Numbered from the stretch's first letter, positions 8,395-18,479 are shown. The stretch: 64,000 nucleotides of DNA from a virus (IMGVR_UViG_2599185271_000005:4861-68860), one strand, 5' to 3'. The notes: generated by a model from the letters alone, not told the origin. A program made the numbers and translations.

Positions 8395-8922
8395 ATGATC
8401 CTGGCCCTGGACCTTGGGACCAAGACCGGCTGGGCGGCAGCGGAGCGTAATGCTCCGTTTCTGCCGCCCATGTCGGACGACGAGACTGCCGCTCGCCAAG
8501 CGGTCCGTCACTACATGCACGGCGTCTTCAAGGGCCCGCCGTCCAATCATGGGCTGCTGTTCCGCCGGTTCCGATCCTTTCTTACCCAGCGCATCGAGCG
8601 CCTCGGTGTCGAGCGACTGATCGTTGAAGCGCAGCCTATGCAGGACCTGCGCTCCGCTGCTGCCGCTGAGGTCTTCCTGGGGCTGAAGGCTTGCGTGGAT
8701 GAGATCGCCTACGACGCGCGGGTCCCCACGCACGTGCTCAACACATCGACCATGCAGCTTCATGCCGTGAACACCGGCCGAGACAGCGGGAAGAAGAAGC
8801 GCGCCGCGCGCCTCGCCGCTTTCGGTTATCCGGCGATCGACGACAACCAGGGCGACGCGATCTTCGTGCTGTCGTGCTGGCTGGCCCAGCAGGCCGCCAA
8901 AGCTGCGGAGGCGGCAGAGTGA
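8395..8922 (+). CDS. RuvC-like Holliday junction resolvase
   Basis: ILALDLGTKTGWA, LIVEAQ and DDNQGDAI acidic catalytic motifs. Confidence 0.85.
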   Translation: MILALDLGTKTGWAAAERNAPFLPPMSDDETAARQAVRHYMHGVFKGPPSNHGLLFRRFRSFLTQRIERLGVERLIVEAQPMQDLRSAAAAEVFLGLKACVDEIAYDARVPTHVLNTSTMQLHAVNTGRDSGKKKRAARLAAFGYPAIDDNQGDAIFVLSCWLAQQAAKAAEAAE

Positions 8923-10982
8923 TCCAGATCAGCCTGCGTCCAGCGCTGCGTTCCTATCTTGACGATCTCGTCGCGACTGGCGTCTACGGCGACACGCCGG
9001 GCGACGTGGCCCGTGCTCTGGTGGAGCGCGGCATTCAGGACGCATTGCGTGATCAGTTAATCACCGCCACGCGGAAAAATGAGGATGAGAAGGGTCTGCC
9101 GATTGCTGAGCCGGAGGACCGAGGTCGGGAAAGGCCGCTTCGGACTGAAGCGTTGGCGGCTCACCATCAGAAGAGCGGGGAACGGCTTTCACACCGCAGC
9201 CGCTCAGTGGCAGAGAAGAACAACGTTGCAGTCATCGCCGTGATCGAGGCGGTCGGCCCCAGGACATCATCAGCGGAAATCGCCGCTAGGACGGGCCTGG
9301 CCCGTCAGTCGGTCAAGCGGATCCTTAATAGGCTCGAGACCGACGGACGCATCCGAACGCAAGGCTGGGCACGATCTCGGATGTACTATGTGGGCGGCGG
9401 TGATGTTCCTCAGCCGCCGCGCAACGAAACAGTGTCCGTGAAGCCGAAAGGCAAGCGCGGCCGGCCCCGCGCCGATGAGCCGCGGCGCCGGTTCGAGGGA
9501 CGTATGGATCTGGAGCCTGAAAAGGTTCACGGATTGCCGGACGGCCATCCGGCGCTGACCGAAGAGCGGTCGCTTTTCCCCACCACGGTGATCCGGGCCA
9601 CCGAGACGCCTCGGGTGTTCGTCTCAGGACAGAACCAGCGCAAGCTCGGCGACCGCGTTTCCAAGGGGCCCTGGAAGGGTATGCCGATCTACGCGCTGAC
9701 CCTTGAAGAACGCGCGACCTGCCCGACAACATGTCACCACTGGAACACCTGTTTCGGTAACGGAATGCCGTTGGCCCGCCGCCATGCGCACGGGTTTGAA
9801 CTGGAGAGCCGTATAGAGCTCGAGGTCGACGACCTTGCACGATCACACAGCCAAGGGTTTGTGATCCGGCTGCACGTGCTCGGCGACTTCTACAGCGCTG
9901 ACTACGTCGAACTGTGGGGCCGGCTGCTCCAGTACCATCCCGCCCTTCACGTCTTCGGCTACACCGCCTGGACGCCCGATACCGAAATCGGCGCAGCCAT
10001 TGCCCGACTGCGCAGATCTGAGCCAGATCGCTTTGCCATCCGCAATAGTCTCCCTGACGTCTCCGCCCCGCAGGAGCGGCACATGGCAGCGACGACGATC
10101 TGGCGGGTCGCCCAAGGCCGACAGGCTGAAGGCATCGTGTGCCCAGCGCAGACACACCCAAGCGTTTGCTGCGGCTCCTGTGGTCTGTGCTGGCATCCGG
10201 AGATGCGCTCAACCCCGATCGCCTTCATTGCCCACGGCCGCAAGTCAGAATCCGCCGCGATCCAGGACGGAAGCGTATCAACCGTTGCGGCCGCGCCGAA
10301 AACTTATGTCCCGCACAGAAAGGGAGGGAACCCCGCCGGCCGCACCACTGACGCTTGGGACTCGGAGAGGATAGAACAACTCCGAAGTCTCGTTTCTCAA
10401 GGGCTCACCGCCAAGCAAATCGCCCACCGAATGGAGAAGACCAGAAACGCTGTCATCTCCAAGATTCGCAGCCAGGGGCTCAAGTTGCACACGCCGTCTC
10501 GGGGCGGAGTCAAGCGCGTTACCGGTAAGGTGTCGCCCGCCCGGAAGACCGAAACGCCGGCCTCCACTGCGCCAGAACTCGAGATGGTCCGGCCGCCGAA
10601 ACAAAAGTCGGTGAAGGGGCGCGCGCCAGGAGAAGGTTTGCGGCGCCCCCCGCCGCCGACACCAAAACCGAGCACCGCGTGGAAGCTAGAAAAGCCAGAC
10701 CACGCGGACGAGCGCGGCCAGATCGACGCTTGGCTGGCAAAGAATGGAGGCTCCGGAAGGCGGTTTGGCGCTGGAACACTATTGTCACAACTCCAAGACG
10801 CGTTCGGCAGCGTCGGCAAGCGTATCGAGTACAGCCCGAACCACAAGCGGGCGAACGCACCCTATGAGGTCGACGGCAAGCGGTGGATCAGCCTGGAGGC
10901 AGCCATCAAGGAAGCGGACAAGATCCGCGCAAAGCAGGGACGTGAGCCTATCCAGGCCCGGAAGCAAGGTCGGGCAGCATGA
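8919..10982 (+). CDS. Multidomain regulator-enzyme fusion: RHH + winged HTH + Cys-rich GP88-like domain + GcrA-like HTH
   Basis: QISLRPALRSYLDDLVATGVY (RHH); SSAEIAARTGLARQSVKRILNRL (wHTH); LTLEERATCPTTCHHWNTC..RLHVLGDFYS..CPAQ..CCGSCGLCW; WDSERIEQLR..GLTAKQIA..TRNAVISKI. Confidence 0.75.
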   Translation: MIQISLRPALRSYLDDLVATGVYGDTPGDVARALVERGIQDALRDQLITATRKNEDEKGLPIAEPEDRGRERPLRTEALAAHHQKSGERLSHRSRSVAEKNNVAVIAVIEAVGPRTSSAEIAARTGLARQSVKRILNRLETDGRIRTQGWARSRMYYVGGGDVPQPPRNETVSVKPKGKRGRPRADEPRRRFEGRMDLEPEKVHGLPDGHPALTEERSLFPTTVIRATETPRVFVSGQNQRKLGDRVSKGPWKGMPIYALTLEERATCPTTCHHWNTCFGNGMPLARRHAHGFELESRIELEVDDLARSHSQGFVIRLHVLGDFYSADYVELWGRLLQYHPALHVFGYTAWTPDTEIGAAIARLRRSEPDRFAIRNSLPDVSAPQERHMAATTIWRVAQGRQAEGIVCPAQTHPSVCCGSCGLCWHPEMRSTPIAFIAHGRKSESAAIQDGSVSTVAAAPKTYVPHRKGGNPAGRTTDAWDSERIEQLRSLVSQGLTAKQIAHRMEKTRNAVISKIRSQGLKLHTPSRGGVKRVTGKVSPARKTETPASTAPELEMVRPPKQKSVKGRAPGEGLRRPPPPTPKPSTAWKLEKPDHADERGQIDAWLAKNGGSGRRFGAGTLLSQLQDAFGSVGKRIEYSPNHKRANAPYEVDGKRWISLEAAIKEADKIRAKQGREPIQARKQGRAA

Positions 10983-11554
10983 GCGAGATCCGAATCGATC
11001 TGCCGCCATTGCGCTATCGTACCATCCTGGCCGATCCGCCTTGGCTGTTCGAGACCTGGTCCGAGAAGGGTGAGGGGAAGGCCGCCCAGGCCCACTACGA
11101 TTGCGTGCCTACCAGCGAGTTGAAGAACCTACAGGTCGGTCACCTGGCGGCCCCTGATTGCCTGCTCTTCATGTGGGCGACCTTCCCGATGCTGCCCCAG
11201 GCCCTGGAGGTGATGACGGCATGGGGCTTCCGGTACGTCGCCGGCGGAGCCTGGGCTAAGCAGTCCTCCACCGGCGGGAAGTGGGCGTTCGGCCCTGGTT
11301 ACCGCCTCCGGATCGCTTGCGAGCCGTTCCTGCTTGGCGTGATCGGCCGGCCGCCGATCCTGTCGAGGTCAGAGCGCAACCTGATCGTGGCGCCGACGCG
11401 AGAGCACAGCCGCAAGCCGGAGGACCAATACCGGAAGATCGAAGCGATGGGCGAACCGCCCTACGCCGAGCTGTTCGCGCGGTCGCGGCGGTCCGGATGG
11501 GATTGCTGGGGAAACGATGTCGACCGGTTCACCGGCGCGGAGGCGGCCGAATGA
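10979..11554 (+). CDS. MT-A70 family adenine methyltransferase
   Basis: YRTILADPPW, CLLFMWAT, WGFRY, REHSRKPE, YAELFAR..GWDCWGN. Confidence 0.95.
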   Translation: MSEIRIDLPPLRYRTILADPPWLFETWSEKGEGKAAQAHYDCVPTSELKNLQVGHLAAPDCLLFMWATFPMLPQALEVMTAWGFRYVAGGAWAKQSSTGGKWAFGPGYRLRIACEPFLLGVIGRPPILSRSERNLIVAPTREHSRKPEDQYRKIEAMGEPPYAELFARSRRSGWDCWGNDVDRFTGAEAAE

Positions 11555-11868
11555 AGCCCTACGTCTTGCAAGAGTGGTCAGGCCGCGGCGAGTTTCTGGG
11601 CTGCGAAGCCTTCGACACCATGCCCGCCGTCGAGAAGTCCCTGTTCCTCTGGATCCAGATGATGGCCAGCAAGGGCTACGAGCTCGCGCCATTCCCCGGT
11701 GGGGTCGTCGCCTGCAAACGCGACGCATGGGGGCGCAGCCAGCCCGAGATGATGGCGATTATCGAACCCCAGCGCCCCGCGGTGACCGGCGCCGCCATCC
11801 CAGATTGGATCCGGGCACCGGTGGGAGCCCCAGATGATCCGAACCCGGTTAGAGGGGTCGTTCGGTGA
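11551..11868 (+). CDS. Phage hypothetical protein
   Basis: MKPYVLQEWSG..., ATGA overlap with the methylase. Confidence 0.6.
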   Translation: MKPYVLQEWSGRGEFLGCEAFDTMPAVEKSLFLWIQMMASKGYELAPFPGGVVACKRDAWGRSQPEMMAIIEPQRPAVTGAAIPDWIRAPVGAPDDPNPVRGVVR

Positions 11869-12755
11869 TGGCGCAGGCATCCGACTGGAAATCCCGGCTC
11901 GATCTATTGGCGCGTCGATCAGACGCCCGACGCTCGGCGATCGACGCGTTGCAGTCGCGTGCACCCGGCGACATCGACAACCAGATCACCGCCATGCTGT
12001 TCATCGGGATGTCAGAGAACTGGATTGCCTCGCGATTCCAGAAGCCGCCGTCAACCGAGCACTTCGCCTCCAACCAGCGCATGACGATCGCGGCCGTCAT
12101 CCAACACGTCATCACCGCCATCAAACGGGTCTCGCGGGAGGCCAACGGGGAGCACGATCTGCTGATCGAATTCGCTGCGTTGCCGCAGCCCGAGAACGAC
12201 AGGGAGATCGCGCAGCAGATCCGGGAACATCTCGGATGGACCCGAACCGCCACCGCGAGTGCGAAGCGAAACCACCTCAACGCCAAGGTCGCCAGCGTTC
12301 ATCTGGATCGCGCATCCTGGACATGGCAGCCCTTCGAGGGCGGAGAACCAGCGCTGGTCTTCCCGGTTTGGGCCGTTCCTCCGCATGGTGGGGGTGGGGT
12401 CGCGCCTGGCATTCCAGCCCACCCGGGCGTTCCCGTAGACCTGGCTGCGTATTCCATCCTCTCCGACAAACTCTACTTGCGCACCGGTGCCGCGGTCTCT
12501 CTTGGGGAGCATCAGCTTCGTGACATCGATCGCCGGCGGGAGACCGCCGGCCACCTCCTGGTCTCAACAACACCTCGGGAATGGATCGTCTCCGGAGGGG
12601 AGGGCGTGATGCCGATAGATTGGCGGCAATTCTATCACAACGTGTGCCGTCACAAGACGCCGCTGGTCACCCGCTCAATCGATGCCGGCAAACAACTGCG
12701 CGCCCGCCTGGATGCACTGCAGCCCGCTCTACCGCAAATCGGAGTGCTCGCTTAA
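11868..12755 (+). CDS. Replication-associated hypothetical protein (possible divergent primase-like)
   Basis: Coupled to the helicase (TAATG overlap); PALVFPV..VDLAAY..LRTGAAVSLGE..TPREW motifs. Confidence 0.6.
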   Translation: MAQASDWKSRLDLLARRSDARRSAIDALQSRAPGDIDNQITAMLFIGMSENWIASRFQKPPSTEHFASNQRMTIAAVIQHVITAIKRVSREANGEHDLLIEFAALPQPENDREIAQQIREHLGWTRTATASAKRNHLNAKVASVHLDRASWTWQPFEGGEPALVFPVWAVPPHGGGGVAPGIPAHPGVPVDLAAYSILSDKLYLRTGAAVSLGEHQLRDIDRRRETAGHLLVSTTPREWIVSGGEGVMPIDWRQFYHNVCRHKTPLVTRSIDAGKQLRARLDALQPALPQIGVLA

Positions 12756-13939
12756 TGGGTCGCGGGAGTGCATTCGTGCCGCTGGACCGCGCAGAGACTG
12801 CGGAGGATCGCCGCAGGTCGCGCGAGGCGCTCTCTGGGCCGAATAACGTCGGAAGCGAAGTAGCCCGAGCCCTGCCGACGACGGACGCGTCGACCCTCAC
12901 GGAAGCCACGCTCCGGCCGCGGGAATGGTGGTGGCAGGACTGGATACCGCTCGGAGAGGTGGGCGTTCTTTCAGGCCCTGGAGGCACTGGTAAGAGCTAT
13001 CTCGCCCTGATGCTCGCCGTCTGCTCAGCCGTCGGATACTCCCTTGCAGGCCGCGACGTTGCCTCGGGCGTGACCCTCTACGTCTCATGCGAGGACAACA
13101 AGGACGAGTTCCAGAGACGCCTGGCTAAGACCTTGGCGTATCTCGGCCTGACCTATGCCGACCTCCAAGGGAACTTGCACATCATTCACCGCGCAGACCA
13201 CATCGACAACGTGATGGTGCGTCTCGTCGACTGGAACGTGGTGACGACAAAGTTCTATCGTGAGGTGTGCCTCACGGCGGAAGCCCTCCGCCCGGCAATG
13301 GTCATGTTCGACGGCCTCAACGACATCATCGAAGTTCCCGAGAACAACCGCAACTTCGTCAAGGCCGCGGTCGGACACCTGCGAGGCTTCGCCCAGGAGA
13401 TCGACACCACCGTCCTCGCCCTACGCCACCCCAGCCGCGCCGGAGAGGCCAGCGGGGACGGCTTCAGCGGCTCCACCGCATGGGAGGGCGCCTTCCGCTA
13501 CTTCCTCTACTTCAGCAAGCCCGAGCGGGGTGCCTCTGAGCGGATCCTGAAGAACGTCAAAGCCAACTACGGACCCGACGGCATCGAGGTGCCGTTCATC
13601 TGGGACGACGAAGCCGGCCTCTTTGTCGTCGACGATCCGGACATCGGAATGGTCGCCCAGCTCCGCCGCATGAGCGAACGCGAAGTGTTCATCTCCGCTG
13701 TTCGATCGCTGGTCGAGGCCGGCCAACGGGTCACCGACGGCGCCCGACAATCACCCTCCTACTTCGCCAAGGTCATCAAGCGCCAGGTCCCCCACTTCCG
13801 ATCCGCCAGCACCGTCAAAATCGAAGCCACCATGCGCGAGTGCTTCGACCACGCCGAGCTCAAGATGGGGACCATCATCGACAAACAACGCCACCGCCGA
13901 GAGAGCATCGTCCCGGCCGACTGGGTCGATCCAGAATGA
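12755..13939 (+). CDS. AAA_25/RepA-family replicative helicase
   Basis: Walker A GPGGTGKS, YVSCED, Walker B MVMFD, LRHPSRAG..GFSGSTAW, KANYGP. Confidence 0.92.
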   Translation: MGRGSAFVPLDRAETAEDRRRSREALSGPNNVGSEVARALPTTDASTLTEATLRPREWWWQDWIPLGEVGVLSGPGGTGKSYLALMLAVCSAVGYSLAGRDVASGVTLYVSCEDNKDEFQRRLAKTLAYLGLTYADLQGNLHIIHRADHIDNVMVRLVDWNVVTTKFYREVCLTAEALRPAMVMFDGLNDIIEVPENNRNFVKAAVGHLRGFAQEIDTTVLALRHPSRAGEASGDGFSGSTAWEGAFRYFLYFSKPERGASERILKNVKANYGPDGIEVPFIWDDEAGLFVVDDPDIGMVAQLRRMSEREVFISAVRSLVEAGQRVTDGARQSPSYFAKVIKRQVPHFRSASTVKIEATMRECFDHAELKMGTIIDKQRHRRESIVPADWVDPE

Positions 13940-14006
13940 ACCGCTCGTACCAACTGGAGGTTGCTGTGAAACATAAAAACGGCCACAGAAAAACCACCAT
14001 AAGTCA

Positions 14007-14190
14007 TGCGCCCCATCTGCGCCCCATCTCCCCGATTTGCGCCCCATCTATGCTAAGTCATTGTAATCATTCATGCGCCCCATTGCGCCCGGTTTTTGCG
14101 CCAGAACTCGGCCATTTGCGCCAGAACTACGCTAAGTCATTGGTTTCACTCCTGCGCCCGGTTGCGCCAGAACGCGCCCGGTTGCGCCCC
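14007..14190. repeat. Iteron-like repeat cluster, putative replication origin
   Basis: TGCGCC x10 plus one CGCGCC (subtypes TGCGCCCCAT, TGCGCCAGAAC, TGCGCCCGGT) and GCTAAGTCATTG x2 (14052, 14131), right after the helicase. Confidence 0.75.
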
Positions 14191-14276
14191 AACTGGTACC
14201 CCCTCCAGGGGTGGTTTTGGGGTTCACCCAAACCCCACCACCCCAACGCAGGGGGTATGAACTCCGAGGCGGCGTC

Positions 14277-14765
14277 ATGAACCGGTTCAAACCCGTCTCG
14301 GAACCTGGCGAGAAAATCCGGTTCAACGTCCGGCGCGATGGCGTGGTCGAGTCCGTGACCATCGGGAAGCAAGTCTATCGCTTCGAAGGCGTCAGACCGT
14401 TCCAGCGAAAAGACGGCGTGACCGTCTGGCGAGTCTGGTGGAGCGCTCGCTGTGCGGACTGTTCGCAGACGTTCGAATCCCACACGTCCACCGGAACGCC
14501 ACTTCGCCCCCTACAGATGATCCGCCGGTGCGAAGACTGTCGCCGAGCGCGGAAGAGGGTCCGCAAATCCAGGTCAGAACCGAAAACGGCGCCAGGAGCC
14601 CCGTCAGCGGCGTTCACCCCTATGGGTAGGGTCACCCTGCGGACAGGTGGCGGAAGGGCCTCCACGGTGCCCCGCAGCGCCAAGAAACGGGCATCTAACG
14701 TCGGGGGAGGGAGCGATATCGGCGTCAGCCTGCAGAAACGCCCGAAGGAGACGGACGATGTCTGA
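14277..14765 (+). CDS. Hypothetical zinc-binding protein
   Basis: CADC and CEDC pairs, basic C-terminus. Confidence 0.55.
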   Translation: MNRFKPVSEPGEKIRFNVRRDGVVESVTIGKQVYRFEGVRPFQRKDGVTVWRVWWSARCADCSQTFESHTSTGTPLRPLQMIRRCEDCRRARKRVRKSRSEPKTAPGAPSAAFTPMGRVTLRTGGGRASTVPRSAKKRASNVGGGSDIGVSLQKRPKETDDV

Positions 14766-15372
14766 AACCACACCCGCACCCAACCCGCCCGGCTGGATCG
14801 TCAACCCGACGAGTGCGGAGGGTCTGAACTGGTTCGCGCTCAGAGTCACCCCGCAGCACGAGAAGGCGGTCTTCCGCGAGCTCATCGACCTGGCGGCCAA
14901 TCCCTTCTGCCCCGTGGCGGCTCGGTGGGTTCGGCTCGCCTCAGGCGGGAAGGCAAAGCGCAAGGTGCGGAGGCAGTACGCCCTGCTCGCAACCTACGTG
15001 TTCATCGGGTTCGATGATGCCCCAGACTTCTCCGTCGTCGATGACGTCGCCGCCATTCGCGGGTTCGTCTGCTTCGACAGCCAGGAGCGGGAGCCGTCCA
15101 CGATCCGGCGGGAGCAGATCCAATCCCTGATGGACCGGCAAGCCCGCGGAGTGTTCGACACGCCCGATTGGGAAGCGAATACCCAGCGGGAGACGATCAG
15201 CTACCGTGCCGGCGACAAGGTGCGGGTCGACCTGCCCGGCCAGTCGGATCAGGTCTTCGAGGTGATGCGGGTCCGCAACGCCAAGCACATCCTTCGGGGG
15301 CTGGGATTGCTCGGCAAGGAGGAGATCACCGTGAGCGATCCCCGCCGCATGGAACTGGTCACCGAACGATGA
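14758..15372 (+). CDS. NusG-family antitermination protein (Q-equivalent position)
   Basis: WFALRVTPQHEKAV, YVFIGF, IRGFV, KOW-like YRAGDKVRV; last early rightward gene. Confidence 0.88.
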   Translation: MSETTPAPNPPGWIVNPTSAEGLNWFALRVTPQHEKAVFRELIDLAANPFCPVAARWVRLASGGKAKRKVRRQYALLATYVFIGFDDAPDFSVVDDVAAIRGFVCFDSQEREPSTIRREQIQSLMDRQARGVFDTPDWEANTQRETISYRAGDKVRVDLPGQSDQVFEVMRVRNAKHILRGLGLLGKEEITVSDPRRMELVTER

Positions 15373-15380
15373 CCGGCCGC

Positions 15381-16289
15381 CTACAGATCTACGAACAGCG
15401 CGGTGCCTTCCTTCGGCCGGCGGTGCAGGTAGATCGCCGTCGTGTTCGGGGAGGCGTGGCCCAGCGATTGCTGCGCGGTCTTCAGTTGAGCACCACCGTC
15501 GAGCGCGTCCGTAGCGTGAGCGTGGCGGATGTCGTGCACGTGAGCCTTGACGCCCACCCGATCGGCCGCCGCCGTCACGATGCGCCACGCCGTCGCGCCG
15601 TCCATCGGCTTGCCAGCACGGCCGGGGAACACCGGGCTATCGGCCTCGAGCGCGTTCGCCTCGATCCACGCCCGCAGGTCGCGCCACAACTCCCGACGGA
15701 TCAGCACCACCCGCAGCTTGTTGCCCTTGCCCCGCAGCGTGGCCTGTCCGCCGATTCCCTCTCCGGCCATGTCCGGCCGCTCCCGCAGCGCCGCCACCGT
15801 AAGCCCGCGCAGCTCGGCATTCCGCGCCCCGGTCAGGTACGCGAACCGGATCAGCAACCGGTTGCGCTCGTTCGGCTCCGCGTCGACCATCGCCCGGATG
15901 TGGTCCCGCTCCGGAACCTGCCGTTCGGTGAAGTTCCCCGGGTCATCGCTCCCGCCGACCTTCGGCAGCCGCAACAGCGTCGCCGGATCCTCGGCAAGGT
16001 GTCCCGCCTTGGTCAAGAAGCCGAACAGCGAGGCGATGGACGAAAGCCGGTTGCGCCTGGTCGACGGAGCCAGGTCGCCGATGGACGCCGCGTAGGCCTC
16101 CAGATCGGCGATGGTGACGCTCCGCAACGCGCGGCCCTGCAGGTGGTCCTGGAAGCTCCGCAGCGTGCTGGCGTACGTCTTGCGGGTCAACTCCGGGTAA
16201 CGGTGGAGCCAGAGCAAGATTAGCTCGGCCTCGCCCCGCTCGCGCAGCGGCACCGGGGGCATAATTTCGGCGGCATGGGTGATGGCCAT
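15381..16289 (-). CDS. Tyrosine recombinase (XerC/D-like resolvase or integrase)
   Basis: TGARNAEL, GKGNKLR, HDIRHAHAT, LGHASPNTTAIY give the R-K-H-R-H-Y catalytic set. Confidence 0.95.
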   Translation of the reverse strand: MAITHAAEIMPPVPLRERGEAELILLWLHRYPELTRKTYASTLRSFQDHLQGRALRSVTIADLEAYAASIGDLAPSTRRNRLSSIASLFGFLTKAGHLAEDPATLLRLPKVGGSDDPGNFTERQVPERDHIRAMVDAEPNERNRLLIRFAYLTGARNAELRGLTVAALRERPDMAGEGIGGQATLRGKGNKLRVVLIRRELWRDLRAWIEANALEADSPVFPGRAGKPMDGATAWRIVTAAADRVGVKAHVHDIRHAHATDALDGGAQLKTAQQSLGHASPNTTAIYLHRRPKEGTALFVDL

Positions 16290-16303
16290 GGCTCGGTGAT
16301 CCT

Positions 16304-16648
16304 TCACAGTTTGACGGTCTCGGCGCCGGCCGGATTTGCAGCACGGGCGGAGAAGTCGCAGGTTACCGACAAGCCGGGCAGCGCCGGCTGTATCGCTCGG
16401 ATGATGGCATCGCAGAACGCCTGCGCCTGTGTGGTCAGCGCCGGCGGCATATCCCCGCGCTGGGACGGCGGAGTATCGACCCACGCCGCCCACTCTCGCG
16501 GCACCACCGGGAAACCGCAGGCGAGCACCACAACGTGCACGCCTGTCTCGGTGGGGCGGACCTCGACCACCGGGCCCGCGGGGACTTGCTGCGCCTTCAC
16601 GGCCGCCCGGATGGCGCGCTGCGCCGTCTTCGTCGTGTCCATGGTCAT
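16304..16648 (-). CDS. Hypothetical protein
   Basis: Packed between 16650..18356 and the recombinase. Confidence 0.55.
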   Translation of the reverse strand: MTMDTTKTAQRAIRAAVKAQQVPAGPVVEVRPTETGVHVVVLACGFPVVPREWAAWVDTPPSQRGDMPPALTTQAQAFCDAIIRAIQPALPGLSVTCDFSARAANPAGAETVKL

Positions 16649-16649
16649 C

Positions 16650-18356
16650 TCACGCGGCCCTACTGTAGCCGTTCTCAGGCGATGGGCGATTGATCCTCTC
16701 GAGCGTGGCAGCGTAAACGGCCGCGAGATGCTCATCGTTCAGTGCCTGATACGCCTTCTCGGTGAGGCCGAGCTTATCGCGCCATCCCCAGCGAACGCCG
16801 CGCAGGTTCCGAACAAGCGTCCATCCCTGCAGGCCCAACTCCTGGAGCCAGTCATGGAACGGCTTCGCCGTCGGGTTCGCTTTCGCGGCTTCCCATCGCG
16901 CAAGGTCCATGGTGCGGATGCGCTGGCGCCGTCCTTCGAGGAGCGCTTGCGCGTTGGCCTCGATCCGCGACGGGTTCTGGAGCGCATGCCAGCCCGGGCG
17001 GAGCACGATCACCACCACGTCACCGCCGGCCAGCCGTTCGCAGGCCTCGCGCGTCCCGACATGGCGGACGTAGCAGCCCCGTTGCACGGCCGCGAAGCAT
17101 CCGTTTTCGGATAGTGCGGCGACCCGCTCCGGATCAGCCGCAGCTACCGTCACCGGCTCGCCGGCGATAGCCTCGCACCACTCCCGCGCCGTCTCCAGCT
17201 TCGTGGTCTCGGACACGTCGACCAGTTTGCGGCCGTCCCGCGCCGACCATGTGAAGCGGAGAAGGGCCCACTTCGTGCGGTCATCGTTCTGCCGGACATG
17301 GAAGATCTCGCGGGCGACGTCGCCGGAGTGCCAGGCCAGATCAGCATCGGCGACTTGGCGCCATCCGATGTAGTCGTACGATACGCAGCGCGTAGCCGTC
17401 GATTGCCTGTGGACTTCCCGCCGGAGCGCCTTGCGCTTCGCCCGATCAAGCGAGGGAATGCGGACGTCATCGGAGAACGGCCGCGACCGCCCGTCGCCCC
17501 CTTCCGACAGGTACAGCCGATAGAGCGCGATCCGATACCGCGCCGGCTCTCGCTCTTCGTCCGTTTCCGCCCGGGCGTATTCGTCCCACTCGGAAAGCGG
17601 CGGCCCGTAATCGCTCCGGTCGTCGGTGAGCAGCTCGGTTAGACCACGCTCGCGCGCCTCGCGCTGATATTCCCGCCGCTGAGCAGCATCGGCCCACCGC
17701 TCCAGGTTTTCGAGCGTGGCGCGGGTGCGTTCCTCGGCCGGAATGGCCGCCGCCTCCGGAACTCGCTCGATGGCCCGTGCAAATCGGGCGTCTAGCGCGC
17801 TCATAGCCGCGGCCCGGTCGGCTCGCTCCTGGAAGTCGTAGAGGTATGAAACCGGGCCCTCGGCCGCGGGAATAGCGGCATGATCCCAGCCGGGAATGTC
17901 GATCTTCGCCAACAGCTCGCCGCCGGTTCGGACCACGGGCGCCCCGTAGTAACCGCCGCCGGAAACGGTGCAGTCGTGGAAGAACTTCACGGAGCGCACC
18001 GCCTTGATAGACCGCCTGTAGGGCAGCGGGTCGCGAGCCGTCGCCTTCCGCGGCTCGGTGCCAGCGGTCAACATCGCCTCGCACCATTCCACCTCGACGC
18101 GCTCATACCCGGACAGATCGATGCCCAGCCGCTGCGCCCGCCATTCCGCGTATTGGATGGCCCGCCCGGCGTGGTGGTCCCGGTCAAGGCGTTCGCGGGC
18201 GTCGAGACTGCGCAGCCGCGCCGCCGCGGACTTCCCGCTTTCGATGTCGTCGATTTGCTTGGACAGATCGGCCCGGCCGTCCGGCCCCGGATCGTCGGCG
18301 AACCGGAAAAGCGTCGGGCCGATGTTGAACTCGCAAGCCTCGTTGGTGTAAGTCAT
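16650..18356 (-). CDS. Large hypothetical protein
   Basis: 568 aa, AAGGA RBS; no family recognised. Confidence 0.75.
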   Translation of the reverse strand: MTYTNEACEFNIGPTLFRFADDPGPDGRADLSKQIDDIESGKSAAARLRSLDARERLDRDHHAGRAIQYAEWRAQRLGIDLSGYERVEVEWCEAMLTAGTEPRKATARDPLPYRRSIKAVRSVKFFHDCTVSGGGYYGAPVVRTGGELLAKIDIPGWDHAAIPAAEGPVSYLYDFQERADRAAAMSALDARFARAIERVPEAAAIPAEERTRATLENLERWADAAQRREYQREARERGLTELLTDDRSDYGPPLSEWDEYARAETDEEREPARYRIALYRLYLSEGGDGRSRPFSDDVRIPSLDRAKRKALRREVHRQSTATRCVSYDYIGWRQVADADLAWHSGDVAREIFHVRQNDDRTKWALLRFTWSARDGRKLVDVSETTKLETAREWCEAIAGEPVTVAAADPERVAALSENGCFAAVQRGCYVRHVGTREACERLAGGDVVVIVLRPGWHALQNPSRIEANAQALLEGRRQRIRTMDLARWEAAKANPTAKPFHDWLQELGLQGWTLVRNLRGVRWGWRDKLGLTEKAYQALNDEHLAAVYAATLERINRPSPENGYSRAA

Positions 18357-18479
18357 CGCTAGGTGTCCTTCCCTGGTCGGATTGATGCTTAGAGCCGGGC
18401 GCGGTGTGATGGCCTGCCCCGGCTCGCCTAACTCCTGGCGTTCAGGATGCCACCGGCTGGCCCGGTGGTCACCTCAACG

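Noticed and set aside
14007-14190. CRISPR array
   Set aside because: Repeats are 6-12 nt with irregular short spacing, have no unique ~30 nt spacers, and there are no cas genes
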